Positions 49,616-62,100 of a DNA stretch of 64,000 nt are shown piece by piece (position 1 is the stretch's first letter; each line of letters begins with the position of its first letter). A program made the translations under genes and the position numbers. Origin of the DNA: Amphiscolops sp. MND2022. Lineage: Eukaryota. The DNA lies in assembly GCA_964187785.1 (NCBI GenBank), contig OZ076409.1:57414001-57478000 (forward strand), read 5' to 3'. The notes beneath the pieces were generated by a model. That model did not search any database, was not told the DNA's origin, and saw only the letters and a program-made list of their open reading frames with translations.

Positions 49616-51559
49616 TTATTACAAGCTGCAATTCTTTGGCAACTTGTAGAATGTGTGTAGAATTTTTAAGGTCACTTCGAGCAGACTGAAAATATTAGGC
49701 AACCCGGCGAGAAGGCACTTTAATAATCGCGTCTTTCATTAGGTGTAGACTAAGAACTACCGCAGTAGATAGGACAGTAGTTGCTAGGACCGTAATCATT
49801 AGTTAGTTGTTTGAGCAACGGGCGTATGTATTGTCAAGCTTCAAAAGTTTATAAGCGACGACTGTATCAAAGTTCGCGATAAAGCAAGGGTTTCTCCTTG
49901 AGCTTTTTGCATGTACTTTAATGCTGCCAGCAACTTTCCATACAATTTTCTAAAACTCTCACGGAAACTATCATGCGAAAATATTTCCCTGTTGTATTCA
50001 ACTTTTATCAAGCTGCTTGAAAGATTCATCAACGTCTTGCCAACAACTTTAAGCCTTGAAGTTTTGCAGGTTTCATTAAGCAGCAGTTATAGTTTTAAAA
50101 GCAAATAAGCTATATATCGTATTGCTCTTTGAAATTGAGGCAAAACCAGTAAACGTTTTTTGTTTCACAAACACATGAAAACCTTGCAGAGTAAGCTTGG
50201 TAGTTGTACCCTTATGAAAATATGTACGCTCTGGAATTTCTTGAGCATCATCTTTCCTGATTTTTTCTGGTACCTCATTTCTTATAGGTGGCTATCAGTT
50301 CTGGGTGTAACAAAACATCTAACAAACATCGGAGAAAACGAATTTCATTTATCAGCAGAATTGGGAGATACTCACAAAGAGACTTATAAACGCTTAATAA
50401 ACAATTGTTATATCCAACGCAACGAAACATCAGAGCCGACAAAATCACAAGACGTGTGAGAGACAAAGTTATCTAATATCCACTGCTATCTAATAGGGAA
50501 ACGAGTAGTCTTGGTTGACATGTGACTAGAATCGACCAAAAAGTGTTGAAAAGAAGGTTGTAAGATTCATCAACACGGATTTGCGAGAAGCGACGTTACT
50601 CAACTATTAGTCAATAAGTCATGAGGACTTGACGGAAAAATCTAATTTAACCGATTGAGCGAGTAACTGAAAGTTATATTCACGAGGGAATCAAATCAGT
50701 GCAAATTACTGAGTCGATTTGATTTCGAGTCTAGAGTACGGTTCAGTCAGAGTACGGTCTTAGAGTAGAGAAATGCATAGCTTAAAAGCGATCGCCTTCG
50801 CTTAGCGTCATTGTTTTTACGTAATAATACTTATTCTTGGTGGTATTAACACATTGATTGCTCAAATATGCACTTACTGTTGAAACTGCATTTGAGAACA
50901 TTGAAAATTCCAATTTACGATCCTTATTGTATCATCTGTTGGAGCAATTATCGATTAAAGAGGGGAAAAGGAGAATATGTTATCATTGGAACACCGTGTA
51001 TCTGATTTGGAGGTGAGGATCCCTAGGAAAATAACTATCCGCCTGCAACAAGCGTTGAATCAAGTATACCTGAAACCAATTTAAATAAAAGGAAGACTTC
51101 CACCTCCGCAAATGTCTATCAAACAGAAAGTTGACGATTTCGGTTTTTTACTACAACACAAAATTCCAACTTGAAAGTCTTCATGAAAATTAGGATGATA
51201 CCTATAAACCAGTGGTGGTAAAAAGCGTACAAGCAGTTGAAGATGTCAAACACTGTGTTGTCAAAAAGGAAAAAACTGAACGATCCAAATGAAAACGAGT
51301 GTTTCTTCTACTCCTGCACACACAAAATCCGATGTGGAGTCGCAACACAAAAGTGTGCTTAAACGAATACGCAGCTCACCAGATGCAGACGGAATGACAA
51401 CTTTGAAAAACCTTTCTTTTGCAAATGCAGGCAATGACCCAGCCAATGACGAGCAAATTCCAATAAATTGTGGTCAAACGTCTCGAAAGTAAAAAGCTCA
51501 ACGATGATCAACCGCTAACTCAACGCTGAAAGCAAAAAAAACGGTTAGCACGTTTGACT

Positions 51560-52113
51560 GCAATTTATGCTGACCAAACAATCAAACGAAAACTTTGTTT
51601 AAAGTGTGGTAGAGGGATTGGCATTATTTTATAAAATAGAAGATCAGTGTCAAACTTAGAAGAAACTGATCCGGAACTATATTGTCTCGAAGGATACCAG
51701 AGGACACTCGCGACTACTAGAAACCAAAAGAAGGTGGAGTAGCAAATTATGTTATATTAGACCTGGAGGCAGAACTATTACACAGCGATGAAAATAATGT
51801 GTCATTATCCGTGAGACGTGAAAAAGAAAAGATTCCAAAAAGAATAAGAAAAAATAGTTTCTTGTTTTTATTGTGATCCTTCCAGAGATAGAAGTCAGTA
51901 TGTAAAGCATTTTGAAGAAGTGTTAGACAAAAACGGTGGTGATTTTAATATAGATTTATTGAACGAAAACCTTGCAGTGCGAACAGCGTTAGAAAACTTG
52001 ATGACAGGTCGGGTTTTGGAAATGGTCAGCTTGCGAGAACCTACCAAAGAAACAGCTATATCTAGTACATGTATAGATTCTTAAGAAAGTTTTATCCCTG
52101 TCCAACTCAGCTA
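51560..52113 (+). mobile_element. Non-LTR retrotransposon remnant, AP-endonuclease region
   Basis: Decayed motifs GGVANYV, GGDFNIDLL and REPTKETAISSTCID. Confidence 0.7.
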
Positions 52114-54832
52114 ATGTGATGTCATGATGCATGTCCTCAAAGATTCTATAAATTTGAAATAGCTTGAACTCCTAACCAAAGTAATTAGTAAATGTAATCT
52201 CATTTGAAAGCTAATTATTCTAGAAGAAACTTCACTTAATATATCCTGTAACAAGCTTCTTAGATTCATCCTGTTGCTGTCACATTGTTAATTGATGGAA
52301 CCTACCCTAGTTAAAAGAATATATCTACTCGGAGAAATTGAGAATTCATCCTGACGATGGGTCTTCTCTCCAGCACTTCAAGAACTGAGATCTCAGAAAT
52401 AGATTGTACTTAGAATTAGCTAGATACAAGGTATAAAGTAAGACGACTCTGCTGTTAAAATCTTAGACTTCTTATGTCCGTAATAAAACATCTAAAAGAA
52501 ACAACAACCACACTTTTTAACAGCTCAATTGGTGCGACCAAGAAAATTCTTCTTTCTCTCCCATTCATTTCACAACTCTACACTTGTTGTACACCTTTTC
52601 TCGACTTTCTCATCCGATATTTCTTTGTTCGACACACAGTTTCTCCACCTCTCAATATAGCCTACCGTTATTAACTTCAACGTTGCAACCAATTTCCAAT
52701 AGAAATTGATTCGTGTGTCTATGGTTCTGACTACGTCTCCTCACGTAATTCCTGTCAGTTACACTTCTTGGTTCTGACTGCGTTTCTCAACGTAATTCCT
52801 GTCAGTCATATTTCTTGGTTCTGACTACGTTTATTCACGTAGTTCCTGTCAGTAAAATTTTTTCGTTCCAACCACCTCTGAGTGAATTCGTGTTGGCTTT
52901 CTCTCTCTTCCGTTCCAACCGCAGACGTGCGATACGTGTTGGCCCTTCTACAGTGCTATCCAGCGATTCCTGCTAGTAAAAAAAATCCTTTGGTTCTAGC
53001 TGCTAGGATCAACTCTAAAGTTGGCACACTTATATAACATATATTTTTTACATAACACCATTATAACACTTTTCTTTCTCTCTCTTCTATAGTACAAACA
53101 TCATACAAAACTCTTTCAAAACAAGTTTACGGATCCAAATACATAACAATTAAAATATATAACAACTCTATCAAACTTCATTTTTCATACATTTATATAA
53201 CACATTTTTATACAAACTTCTTGACATACTAATAGGACTTTATTGTACATGCCGTCGTCAGTAGACACTGTAGTTAAACTCATTATCTGCCTCTGGTTCT
53301 TTATTGCTATTGTTGCCGGTCTTGCACTTTTTCTTGACAATTTCTTAATTTCGTTCATACCAAAATTTTAAAAAACAACCTTTTCCTTCTATGTTAACAA
53401 GTATAGTACTACCTCTTTTTGGACTGCTTAGTATTTACCATACTTTTTATACACTTATCCAATATATACAAAACCCATTCCTTCTTTTCATAAGTACAGC
53501 ACTTACAATCTTCTTACATGTTGTATTCATAGACCAAATCTTATCATATAGTTCACAATTCAACACAAAATATCTTCTTTTCCAATACATCTATCCTTTA
53601 TGGCAATCGTAATGTACTAACTAAATCTTACACCATATAATGCTTCCTACTCCATTTACATTAACTACTGAAAAAAGACAAAATCGATCTCTCATACAAG
53701 ATGTAACACCTTTTCTGAATAACATTATCTTTCAGTACACAAATCCACTTCCTTCAAAACAGAACCCCATACAGTACATACTATTCCATTAGCACGAGAA
53801 CATTGTGATTCTTATCTTTATTACATTCGATATAAAACACTTGAAATAACATCATCACAAACTCCTTTTCAAGTTATTTTTAACCCAGTTAAAGGAAAAA
53901 GCTCAAGAACATTTTATAGAACCATTCACACACAAAATATTACACTTTCTATACAAGATGTTTTCCGCACATATATGCAAAAACTCATCGAATTCAATGA
54001 AGACAAAGACACACCACTCTATTGTCCTTCTCACCTACAAGAACTAAAACACAGATCTGAATATTTCGAGGTCCCCGATCTTGACACAAAAGTTCAAAGA
54101 CATGATAACCCTCACTATTGGCTACAACGAGATGTTTTACAAATAAAAAATTTTCAATACAGATTCTTTAACAACATTATCCTTACGGATGACACTATAC
54201 CTCAAGTCAAAACTTTTACCCAATTCCTATTAAAGTTTCTTAAATTTAACTTTAAATTACTTTGGGAACAAAAAGATCAACAAGCTTACATTAACTTCCC
54301 TCAAATACTAACACATTTAGAATTTTTACCACACATCATCAAAAATGAAAACAAACATTTACACTACAGAGATCCTACATCATTTAATGTTACACATTTT
54401 GAACAAATAAACTTAGATCACAACTTTTTGCTTGAACATTCTGAAACATCAGCTAACAGACCTTTTATTACATCCGATACTTCTCCTGAAACAACTCCTG
54501 AAGAGCAAACCTCTAAAATTGAACCTTTATATATGAGACAACAATCAGAACAATCAGAACAAGAAGCCCTTGCTAACCTGTTTCAAAACTCTGATCCTCC
54601 TCAAGAACAACCACTATACCCACCACTATCACAAATCTCAGATATACAACAACCAAATCCTTCTGAAACAACTACACTTCACGATACATCAGAATTCTCT
54701 GAAGAAACAGTACAAAATACACGAAGTTTTACAATAACTGCTGATTCAAATCTTATCATAATTCCTACCCACAATATCACACAAAACGAATTTAACAACC
54801 AAAATCATGACATCACACTAAATCAAAAAATT
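52114..54832 (+). mobile_element. 5' fragment of an LTR retrotransposon inserted into the LINE remnant
   Basis: Begins TGTGATGTCA; AATAAA near 52482; PBS-like TGGTTCTAGCTGCTAGGATC at 52991; A/C-rich ORF 53975-54841 without recognisable motifs. The LINE resumes at about 54835. Confidence 0.5.
52722..52862 (+). repeat. Three 47-bp tandem repeats with internal hairpins
   Basis: Units start at 52722, 52769 and 52816: TGGTTCTGACTACGT...ACGTAATTCCTGTCAGT. Confidence 0.9.
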
Positions 54833-54834
54833 TT

Positions 54835-55540
54835 TCTGTGACTATCATTGTTTACAAGTGTCTTTGAATTACAGGTGCACCATGAATTTACAGAAAACTT
54901 CTTTGAATATCAATCCTTGAAGAAAATAGAAGACCCTATTCACTGTGATAAGTTCCTCTTCTCCATGAATCATTCTCCGGATAAAATTGGTGAACAAATT
55001 GCAGTTGCCGAAAATATTTTGACAAGATCGCACATGGAACCGAAGAGTCAACGGATAAATAGATTCCCCGGTAAGCAAATGAAACGATGTGATCCCGAAA
55101 AATCATGGATTACAAACCGTATTAAAACGCATATCGCAGACAGAGATAAACTCTACCAGATATGGATTAAGTCAAAATCAAATGAAGATTACGAGAAGTA
55201 CAAAAAGAACGAAATGTATTTAATATGGAAATTTGAAAAGCAAAGCGAAAAAATATAAAGTGAAAGGAATCGAGAATCATGCGACAAAGTGAATGATCTA
55301 TCTGTTTAAGATTTCAACAACTACTTCATAACTGCTGCTGACACCCCAGAGACCATTGTAGGTCTCCAACGGAAAATGCAGCAAGTTGGTCAACCGTTTG
55401 TCATTTTTGAGAAGAGATTAAAAAAACATCCAAACGTAGTTTTCGGGGACTTTGAAGATTCTTCCTGTGAAAGTCACAAATACTTCGGTATACATTTCGA
55501 TAAATGAATGAACTTTGAAAAACACATTAACAAAATGTTA
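54835..55540 (+). mobile_element. Non-LTR retrotransposon remnant, continuation (tether region and RT C-terminus; RT core deleted)
   Basis: KSWITNRIKTHIADRDKLYQIW (PWIT-type motif) and KYFGIHFDK*MNFEKHI. Confidence 0.7.
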
Positions 55541-56907
55541 GTGTGATATCTACAATACTGATGAAACTGGACGTTTCTGGAAAATGTTACTAAGTTGTGG
55601 GTATTGTGGAAAAAGTGATTCATACCATTACGGGAAACGCAGTATAGACCGAGTTACATGGCTCTCGTGTACAAGCATTGATGGTTTTCAGGCATCTACG
55701 CTAACAGCAGGTGTTATAAGGTTATTCAGATCTTACCTTGCACGTATACAAACTGCAGAAAAAGCCTCGATGACTCTCCAAATCTTCCAAAGGGGGCCTT
55801 AATAAATTGAACTCAAAACTTTCAAGAAGCGAATGGAAAAAATGTCTACAAATTGACAATTGCATCGCCCACAATGCTGATGAAAACGACTTTTCACAAA
55901 TTGAAATTCTTTTTACCTCTGTCTCTTACCTTGTCTTTTTACATCCAAAAACAGCGACTGATGCCAAACGCTACGTGCTGGAACTGTTTATTCTCTTGAA
56001 AAACACTACCGACATCAACTGTTGAGGAAAATTTCATCGGACAAGGACGTGAATGAAACTTCATTTTCAGAGTCTGTTCTACTTCTTCAATGAATGAAGC
56101 AGATGGAAGATGTGTGGTTCAATGTTTCAAAAGAAGCAATTTTAAGAAGCAATTTTTTAAATAATGGGTTATGCAGCGTTGATGAAAGCACCAGTTTACT
56201 ATCACTTTTGGACCAAATGGATTCAAACTTTTTAGGTGACGAATGTTTAACCCTAAATGGACCATGGTACGATTTCGTACCAGTTAGTTTCTGCAAACTT
56301 CTAAACGAACCAGCTGATCGCATGGTACAGAAAACTCTTGAAGAAGAGTTTCAGACAATATTACATAGCATTGCACGCCTTTTCACGGAATTTTGACATA
56401 ATGCCTCCGAAATCAAGAACATGGGACCAACAAATCAGAAAAAAATTGATCGCAGATTTTGCAGTTTTTCTTCCCGGCACATTCAACCCACTGGTATCAA
56501 GATTGGTTCAAAGTGACCCTAGCATGTTTTGAAACATGCTAAAATGCAATCAGAGACACGAGGCGTGCAAAGGTTTGGCGCAAAGTCCGGAGCCAGTGCG
56601 GCGAAGCCGCAGGCCAGCGGAGGACTTCGCGCAAAAAACTTTGAGCGCAAAGCGTCTGTGCTAGCGGGCCCCCAGCCCAGCAGTTCAAAAATCAATTGAA
56701 AGCCCTGATTGTGTTCTTTCGAACGCGCTATGAATCGTTTGTCGGACTTGAATAGTTTAGGAGATATTGCGGTTTAGAGTTTAAACACCAGATTTTTGGA
56801 TGGATCCGGAAATGTCCTGGCCCATTTAGGGTTAAAGCGACACTTTAACTCAGACCTCGGTGGTTTGGATGATGAAATCATAATTTAAATGTTTCAGGTC
56901 AAACAGG

Positions 56908-58793
56908 CAGGGCTGGTAAAATGTTAGTTAAATATATTTTTAACAGTTAAAAACAGTTAAAATGGAAAAAAACATGTTAAATTTGTTAAAAATGTTAAAA
57001 ATAAAATCTAAGCTATTCTAAGATATATCTAAGTCTACCTAAGGAATTTAACTAAGTACATAAGTCAGTCGAGGTTCAGTTGTCGGTATAAAAATGCAAG
57101 TTTGCCAGCTTTTTCAACTCCCATCGATGTTCTGAGTTTTCCATAGGTTGCCCCCAAAGTCGAAAAACAACGTTCAATCCCCCCAGAAGAACTTGTACAA
57201 GACACCAACGAAACAGCAATATCAGACAATGTTTTATCAAACCCCAATCTTAATCCCGATGTCCACCATGATACAGGGTCAGCGTCTTTAAAGGTTCCTT
57301 CAAAATAATGTTGGCTGTATGGTGGTACTTTCGAAATGTATTTCATTACCTCTGGAATGATACTTTCGTTAATTTCTTTAAGATATGCGAGCGCTTTTGC
57401 ATTTTCTTGGGAATCGAGATTTTGGCCAACATAACGATGGTCAAGTAGGTTTGCTGCCAGCATCACTGGAGTATCCAATACAGCTTTGTTATACCTATGG
57501 CTCATTTCTTGGGCAAACTGTTCGGGCACTTTCATTCGTAGATTAAACCAAAGCTCAAGACATTCGCTGAGAGTTGACGAGTCGCTTTGAGCAGTGTCCA
57601 AAGATGTGCTCAGTGGATTAAAAATTTCGAGTAGCTCTGATGCCGTTCTTTTTAGTTGTACATCTTCCATGGAACGATAAATGGGATCGGTTGGTTTCAT
57701 GATTGTATTGATAACAACAACCAACGTCGACCAGTGGTCAACAAAATACTTTAAAGTATCGGTCAGGGAGTTCCACCGTGTTTCAACAGGGAGAGGGGGA
57801 CGGGGCAATTCATGTTGTCGTAGCAAAGCACTTTCAGCATGATGATTCCTCAAATGTTTAACCACTTTCACTATCTTTTCAATTGGGACTTTCATTTTAC
57901 TTCCTATTTCCTTTGCCAGTAAGTTCATATGATGTGCTTGGCACCCATATGTATGCAATAGTGCTGAAGGGTCCTTAATCATACGACGAAAACCTGCCAT
58001 GTTGCTGGCGTTATCCGTAACAACAGAACTGACACGAACACCCCACTCATTCTCTATTTTTGCTATCTGATTCTTACAAAGATCAATGAGATAATCGCTT
58101 GTATGTGGCTGACCAGTAGTGTCAAGAGTATCAAAGAGGTAACCTTTACCCACTACATTTATTGCTACTCCAATAACTGGTTCCATCATTTTTGTAGACC
58201 AGCCATCGATAATCATTGTGCATACTTGGCCTTTTACAAGTCGTTCAATTTTATTCTTTTCTTGCTCAAACAACTTGTCAAGAAGAGGACCTGCAAGTGT
58301 TCGACGATTTGGAATCTTTGTTCCAGGGCGCAAGGCGTCAACAAGACGACAGAAGTTTTTATTCTCGACATGCAAAAATGGACTGTTGGTTCCAATAATA
58401 AATTTGGCAATGAGCATGTTAATTTCGTCTTCCTTTTTGTGTGAATTTGTTGGAATACTTAAAGTGGACTGGGTAAGACGGGGCTGTTTTGGGGCGCTAG
58501 GGCCTTCACTTGTATCATTTTTCTTGGAACATGATGCCCAGTGACTTTTCATCCGCTCTGCGTTGTTCACCATTTCGTGATTACAACCCTTACAACGAGC
58601 TCTTACAACATCTCCCACTTTAACTTCCGTAAAATGTATCCATATGTCACTTTTAACACGTCCCATGGCTATCTGAAATGCCCAATTTGAATGAAATATT
58701 TAACATAATTAACACATTGTTAAAAATCTTTGTGTTAAAAACAGTTAAATAAGGTATTGTTAATTAACACTGTTATTTAACATGCCAGCCTTG
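56908..58793 (-). mobile_element. Complete hAT DNA transposon (1886 bp)
   Basis: Perfect 8-bp TSD CAAACAGG (56900-56907 and 58794-58801); TIRs CAGGGCTGG / CCAGCCTTG; intact transposase ORF. Confidence 0.95.
57065..58666 (-). CDS. hAT transposase with BED zinc finger (533 aa)
   Basis: IWIHF...CKGC...HWASC; catalytic IIDGW, VTDNASN and IERCFS; CQAH; TRWNS; C-terminal SWW dimerisation region. Confidence 0.95.
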   Translation of the reverse strand: MGRVKSDIWIHFTEVKVGDVVRARCKGCNHEMVNNAERMKSHWASCSKKNDTSEGPSAPKQPRLTQSTLSIPTNSHKKEDEINMLIAKFIIGTNSPFLHVENKNFCRLVDALRPGTKIPNRRTLAGPLLDKLFEQEKNKIERLVKGQVCTMIIDGWSTKMMEPVIGVAINVVGKGYLFDTLDTTGQPHTSDYLIDLCKNQIAKIENEWGVRVSSVVTDNASNMAGFRRMIKDPSALLHTYGCQAHHMNLLAKEIGSKMKVPIEKIVKVVKHLRNHHAESALLRQHELPRPPLPVETRWNSLTDTLKYFVDHWSTLVVVINTIMKPTDPIYRSMEDVQLKRTASELLEIFNPLSTSLDTAQSDSSTLSECLELWFNLRMKVPEQFAQEMSHRYNKAVLDTPVMLAANLLDHRYVGQNLDSQENAKALAYLKEINESIIPEVMKYISKVPPYSQHYFEGTFKDADPVSWWTSGLRLGFDKTLSDIAVSLVSCTSSSGGIERCFSTLGATYGKLRTSMGVEKAGKLAFLYRQLNLD

Positions 58794-59101
58794 CAAACAG
58801 GTGATTTAGTTGAAATTCAATCAGAACACAGTGACGATCAAAATATCGATCTCAAAAAATTTAGAATTTCTGTATTTTTGAATCTGTGTTTTTTGTCTCA
58901 CTAAAAAGTCCATGTTTTCAATTTTGAATTGATTAATCTAAATCACTAACTAATCTGGAATTATTAACTAAATCTAATGCGTAATTACAGGAAATCAAAA
59001 TCAAATCGAAATACACTAATGAGGCAACTGACTAATTTATTAACTAATAATCTACGTTGAATCTGGAGCTGCTTTTTGATATGTAATGTGTCTCTAGGGA
59101 G

Positions 59102-62100
59102 TCATTCCTTTGTCTGGTGCAGTCTGTGCATGTGTTTAGTCAGGTGGTCTTTGCGGGTGAACCTCTGACAGCAGGTACTGCATACATGGTTCTTCTCCCC
59201 CGTGTGGGACCTTTTGTGACGGGCGAGTTCATCACTTCGGGTGAAAGCACGATCGCACGAATCACATGAGAAGGGTTTCTCTCCTGAAAAACACAAAGAA
59301 AAACGCTAATTGATTGTTTTCTGCAAAAATACTTGCGATGAATCAAGAATACATGACTTACGTGATTCACATTTGTTATAAGTTTCAATGATACTATCAT
59401 GTTCAAGAACTAGAAACAATACCACAGTCGAACTTCACTTTCATGTACCCTCATTATGAGGTAAAACTCGTTATTGTTAATCAATTTGAATCTCCGTTTT
59501 CCCAAGTTCTATATATAAACGCCATTCTATATAACGTAAACTTCGAATTAACGTTTTCTTCTCATTCTTCCCGTATAGGTATATAATATAGAAGTTCGAC
59601 TGTAATTTTATTTGAGTTTTTCGTAGATGAATCATAGCTTGATTCTATTGAAAAATTCTAGCTTGAATCTAGTGAAAAAATAGACTAATCACAATAGAAA
59701 GCTTGAAAAGTTCTGTGAAAAAAAACAGGCGTGAAATTTTTCGATTAGTAAGTTATACAACTTTGATTCATTAAGTGCCATACCGTAATACAAGACGAGC
59801 CTGTTCAAAAGACCACCGATACAGCGTCTTAACCGAACAGTCGCGTGACAGGATGTGATTCATGACCGTTTTATTTCGCGGCGTGATCAAATGAGTGAGT
59901 GGATTATCGAGTCATTTGGACTTACAAGTTTCAACTTAGAACTTTGTACTTAGACCTCTCGTGGGTCAAAGTACAATATTCAGCCGAACGTTGAGTTGTC
60001 GAAAGGCGTAATGTGTTGGCTTGTGTTGATTAAAGTGGGTGTTAAACGATGTTGGTACCTTCTGACCAATAGAAATTAAGACACGTGAAACAGCTTCAAA
60101 CAACTAATTCACGCCTTTTGCAGGAATTTCAAATGATTCTCATGTTGAATCAGATATAAATTGAGGAACTGAATGGGGTACATAGTTACATGTAACATGG
60201 GGTTTTAGCTACATTGGGTTACATGGGGTTTTAGCTGCTTATCTAAGCGGCAATACTTTTTAAATTTTAACCAATTTTGGTTCATAAAAGGAAGCATAAA
60301 AAGAAATCTGAAACTGTAGCTTCAGAGCGGCAATTATTTGACAAGTTTGACTAACTATTGGATGCAACTATGAACCTACCTATTCCACCTACCTACGACA
60401 GTAGTGACATTAGATACCAAACAACTGACTTTCAATAAACTATCGATGGCGACTTGACTCGTTTCCACTAAATGTCAACTAACTTCATAGAAACTCAAGT
60501 CAACCAAAGAAATTGAACGATGCCACGGTTTCTTCATCCAAAACAATGCAACAGTTGAGCATAATTTTATACCTTTGGACTTTGCATTCACAGAATACTT
60601 TCTATGTGCTTTTTAGAGAATATCCGCCTCTATTGTGATGAATTTGATGTAATCGAAGCTAACGTGAACTCTAATTCTTATATCCTAGTTCTACATCGGA
60701 TCTTTTTATAATAAACCTAAACTGAAGAATTCATCGAACTTTACCAATACAAATTGTAAAAATATTGTTAGATAGTTGACAATTGCGAACCTATGAGCAT
60801 GTAAGCATTCCTTAGAAATGAATGACATAAATTTTAATGAATCTTATTTTGCGCGTTGGTGTGAACAATGACTAACCGGTATGTGTTCTATGATGGGCTC
60901 TCAAATGACTGTTTTTCATGTAAGCTTTCCCGCAGTTGGCATGTTCGCACACAAAAGGCCTTTTCCTCGTGTCCAAAGTCTTTGGGTCAACTTCTTGATT
61001 AGAGCTGTCACTTTGTACGGATGAGTCATCCGACGGTGAGAGAGACCGTTGGCTGTTCTGATTGACTGGGACTAAACCATTGCCACCAAGTGTGGAATTC
61101 AAGGCAGTGTTTGCCATAGGTTTCAAGGTTACGGGGGCCGGTCGGATCTCTCTAGAACAATTCGAATATTCAAACAAAAGGCACTCGAGACATGTTTGTT
61201 CTTTCTTCTGTTACGTTTACTGTTGGATTGCATGGCAATCTAGTGTCACCAAAGTTCATCGAGACACATTATATTTTGACGGTCAAAAATACGCTAGTAG
61301 ATCACGTCACATTGTGCTAAATGAGTTGTTGATGACCCTTGGACATGCAGATAGGTTTTGCAAGAACATGGAAAAGAGGAATTGGCGTAATGCGTTGGTT
61401 CGTGTTGATTAAAGTGGGTGTGTAAACTATGTTGACCTTTTGACCAATAGAAAGTGAGACACGTGAAACAGTTTTAAACAACTAATTCACGCCTTTTGCA
61501 GGAATTTCGAATGATTCTCATGTTGAATCAGACACAAATTCAGGAACTGACATAGTTACATGGCATTTTAGCGTTGTTAGTCTCAGCGACGATACTTTTC
61601 AAATTTTAAACCAATTTTGGTTCAAAAAAGCAGCATAAAAACTTTGAAAGAAAATTGAAATTGCTTCAGAGCGGCAATTACTTGACCAAGTTTACCAATT
61701 TGATGCAACTATGAACTATGAAATTTGAATGACTTTTTCAAAAGTTTTTCAAAGATAATATCAATGGTCTTATTATTACTTCTAAGTTCATAGAAAATGG
61801 TAGTACAACTGGTTGCAAGGAGCAAAATATTATCGAGTCAAATTTTAATCTCAGTTTCTTGAAGCAGTTAAAAAATTTCTAGATCAATCTTGAGATCAAA
61901 TAAGTATACGTCCAAAGACTTAATTTTTCAAATTGCCAGCAGATGTTTATTAAAGACCGAAAACAGGACATGAGCTACCATTCAACAGCTTTCAAGAGGA
62001 TGGTATTTCAGATGATTGATAACAAAAACAGAAAACATGATGCAAAATTCTGAGATTGATGAGATTTCTATTTTTTTTTCAGAAACTGCCTGGGGTAAAC

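Noticed and set aside
52722..52862. CRISPR-like array or hammerhead ribozymes
   Set aside because: Units are contiguous with no unique spacers, there are no cas genes, the context is eukaryotic, and no CUGANGA/GAAA core is present on either strand.
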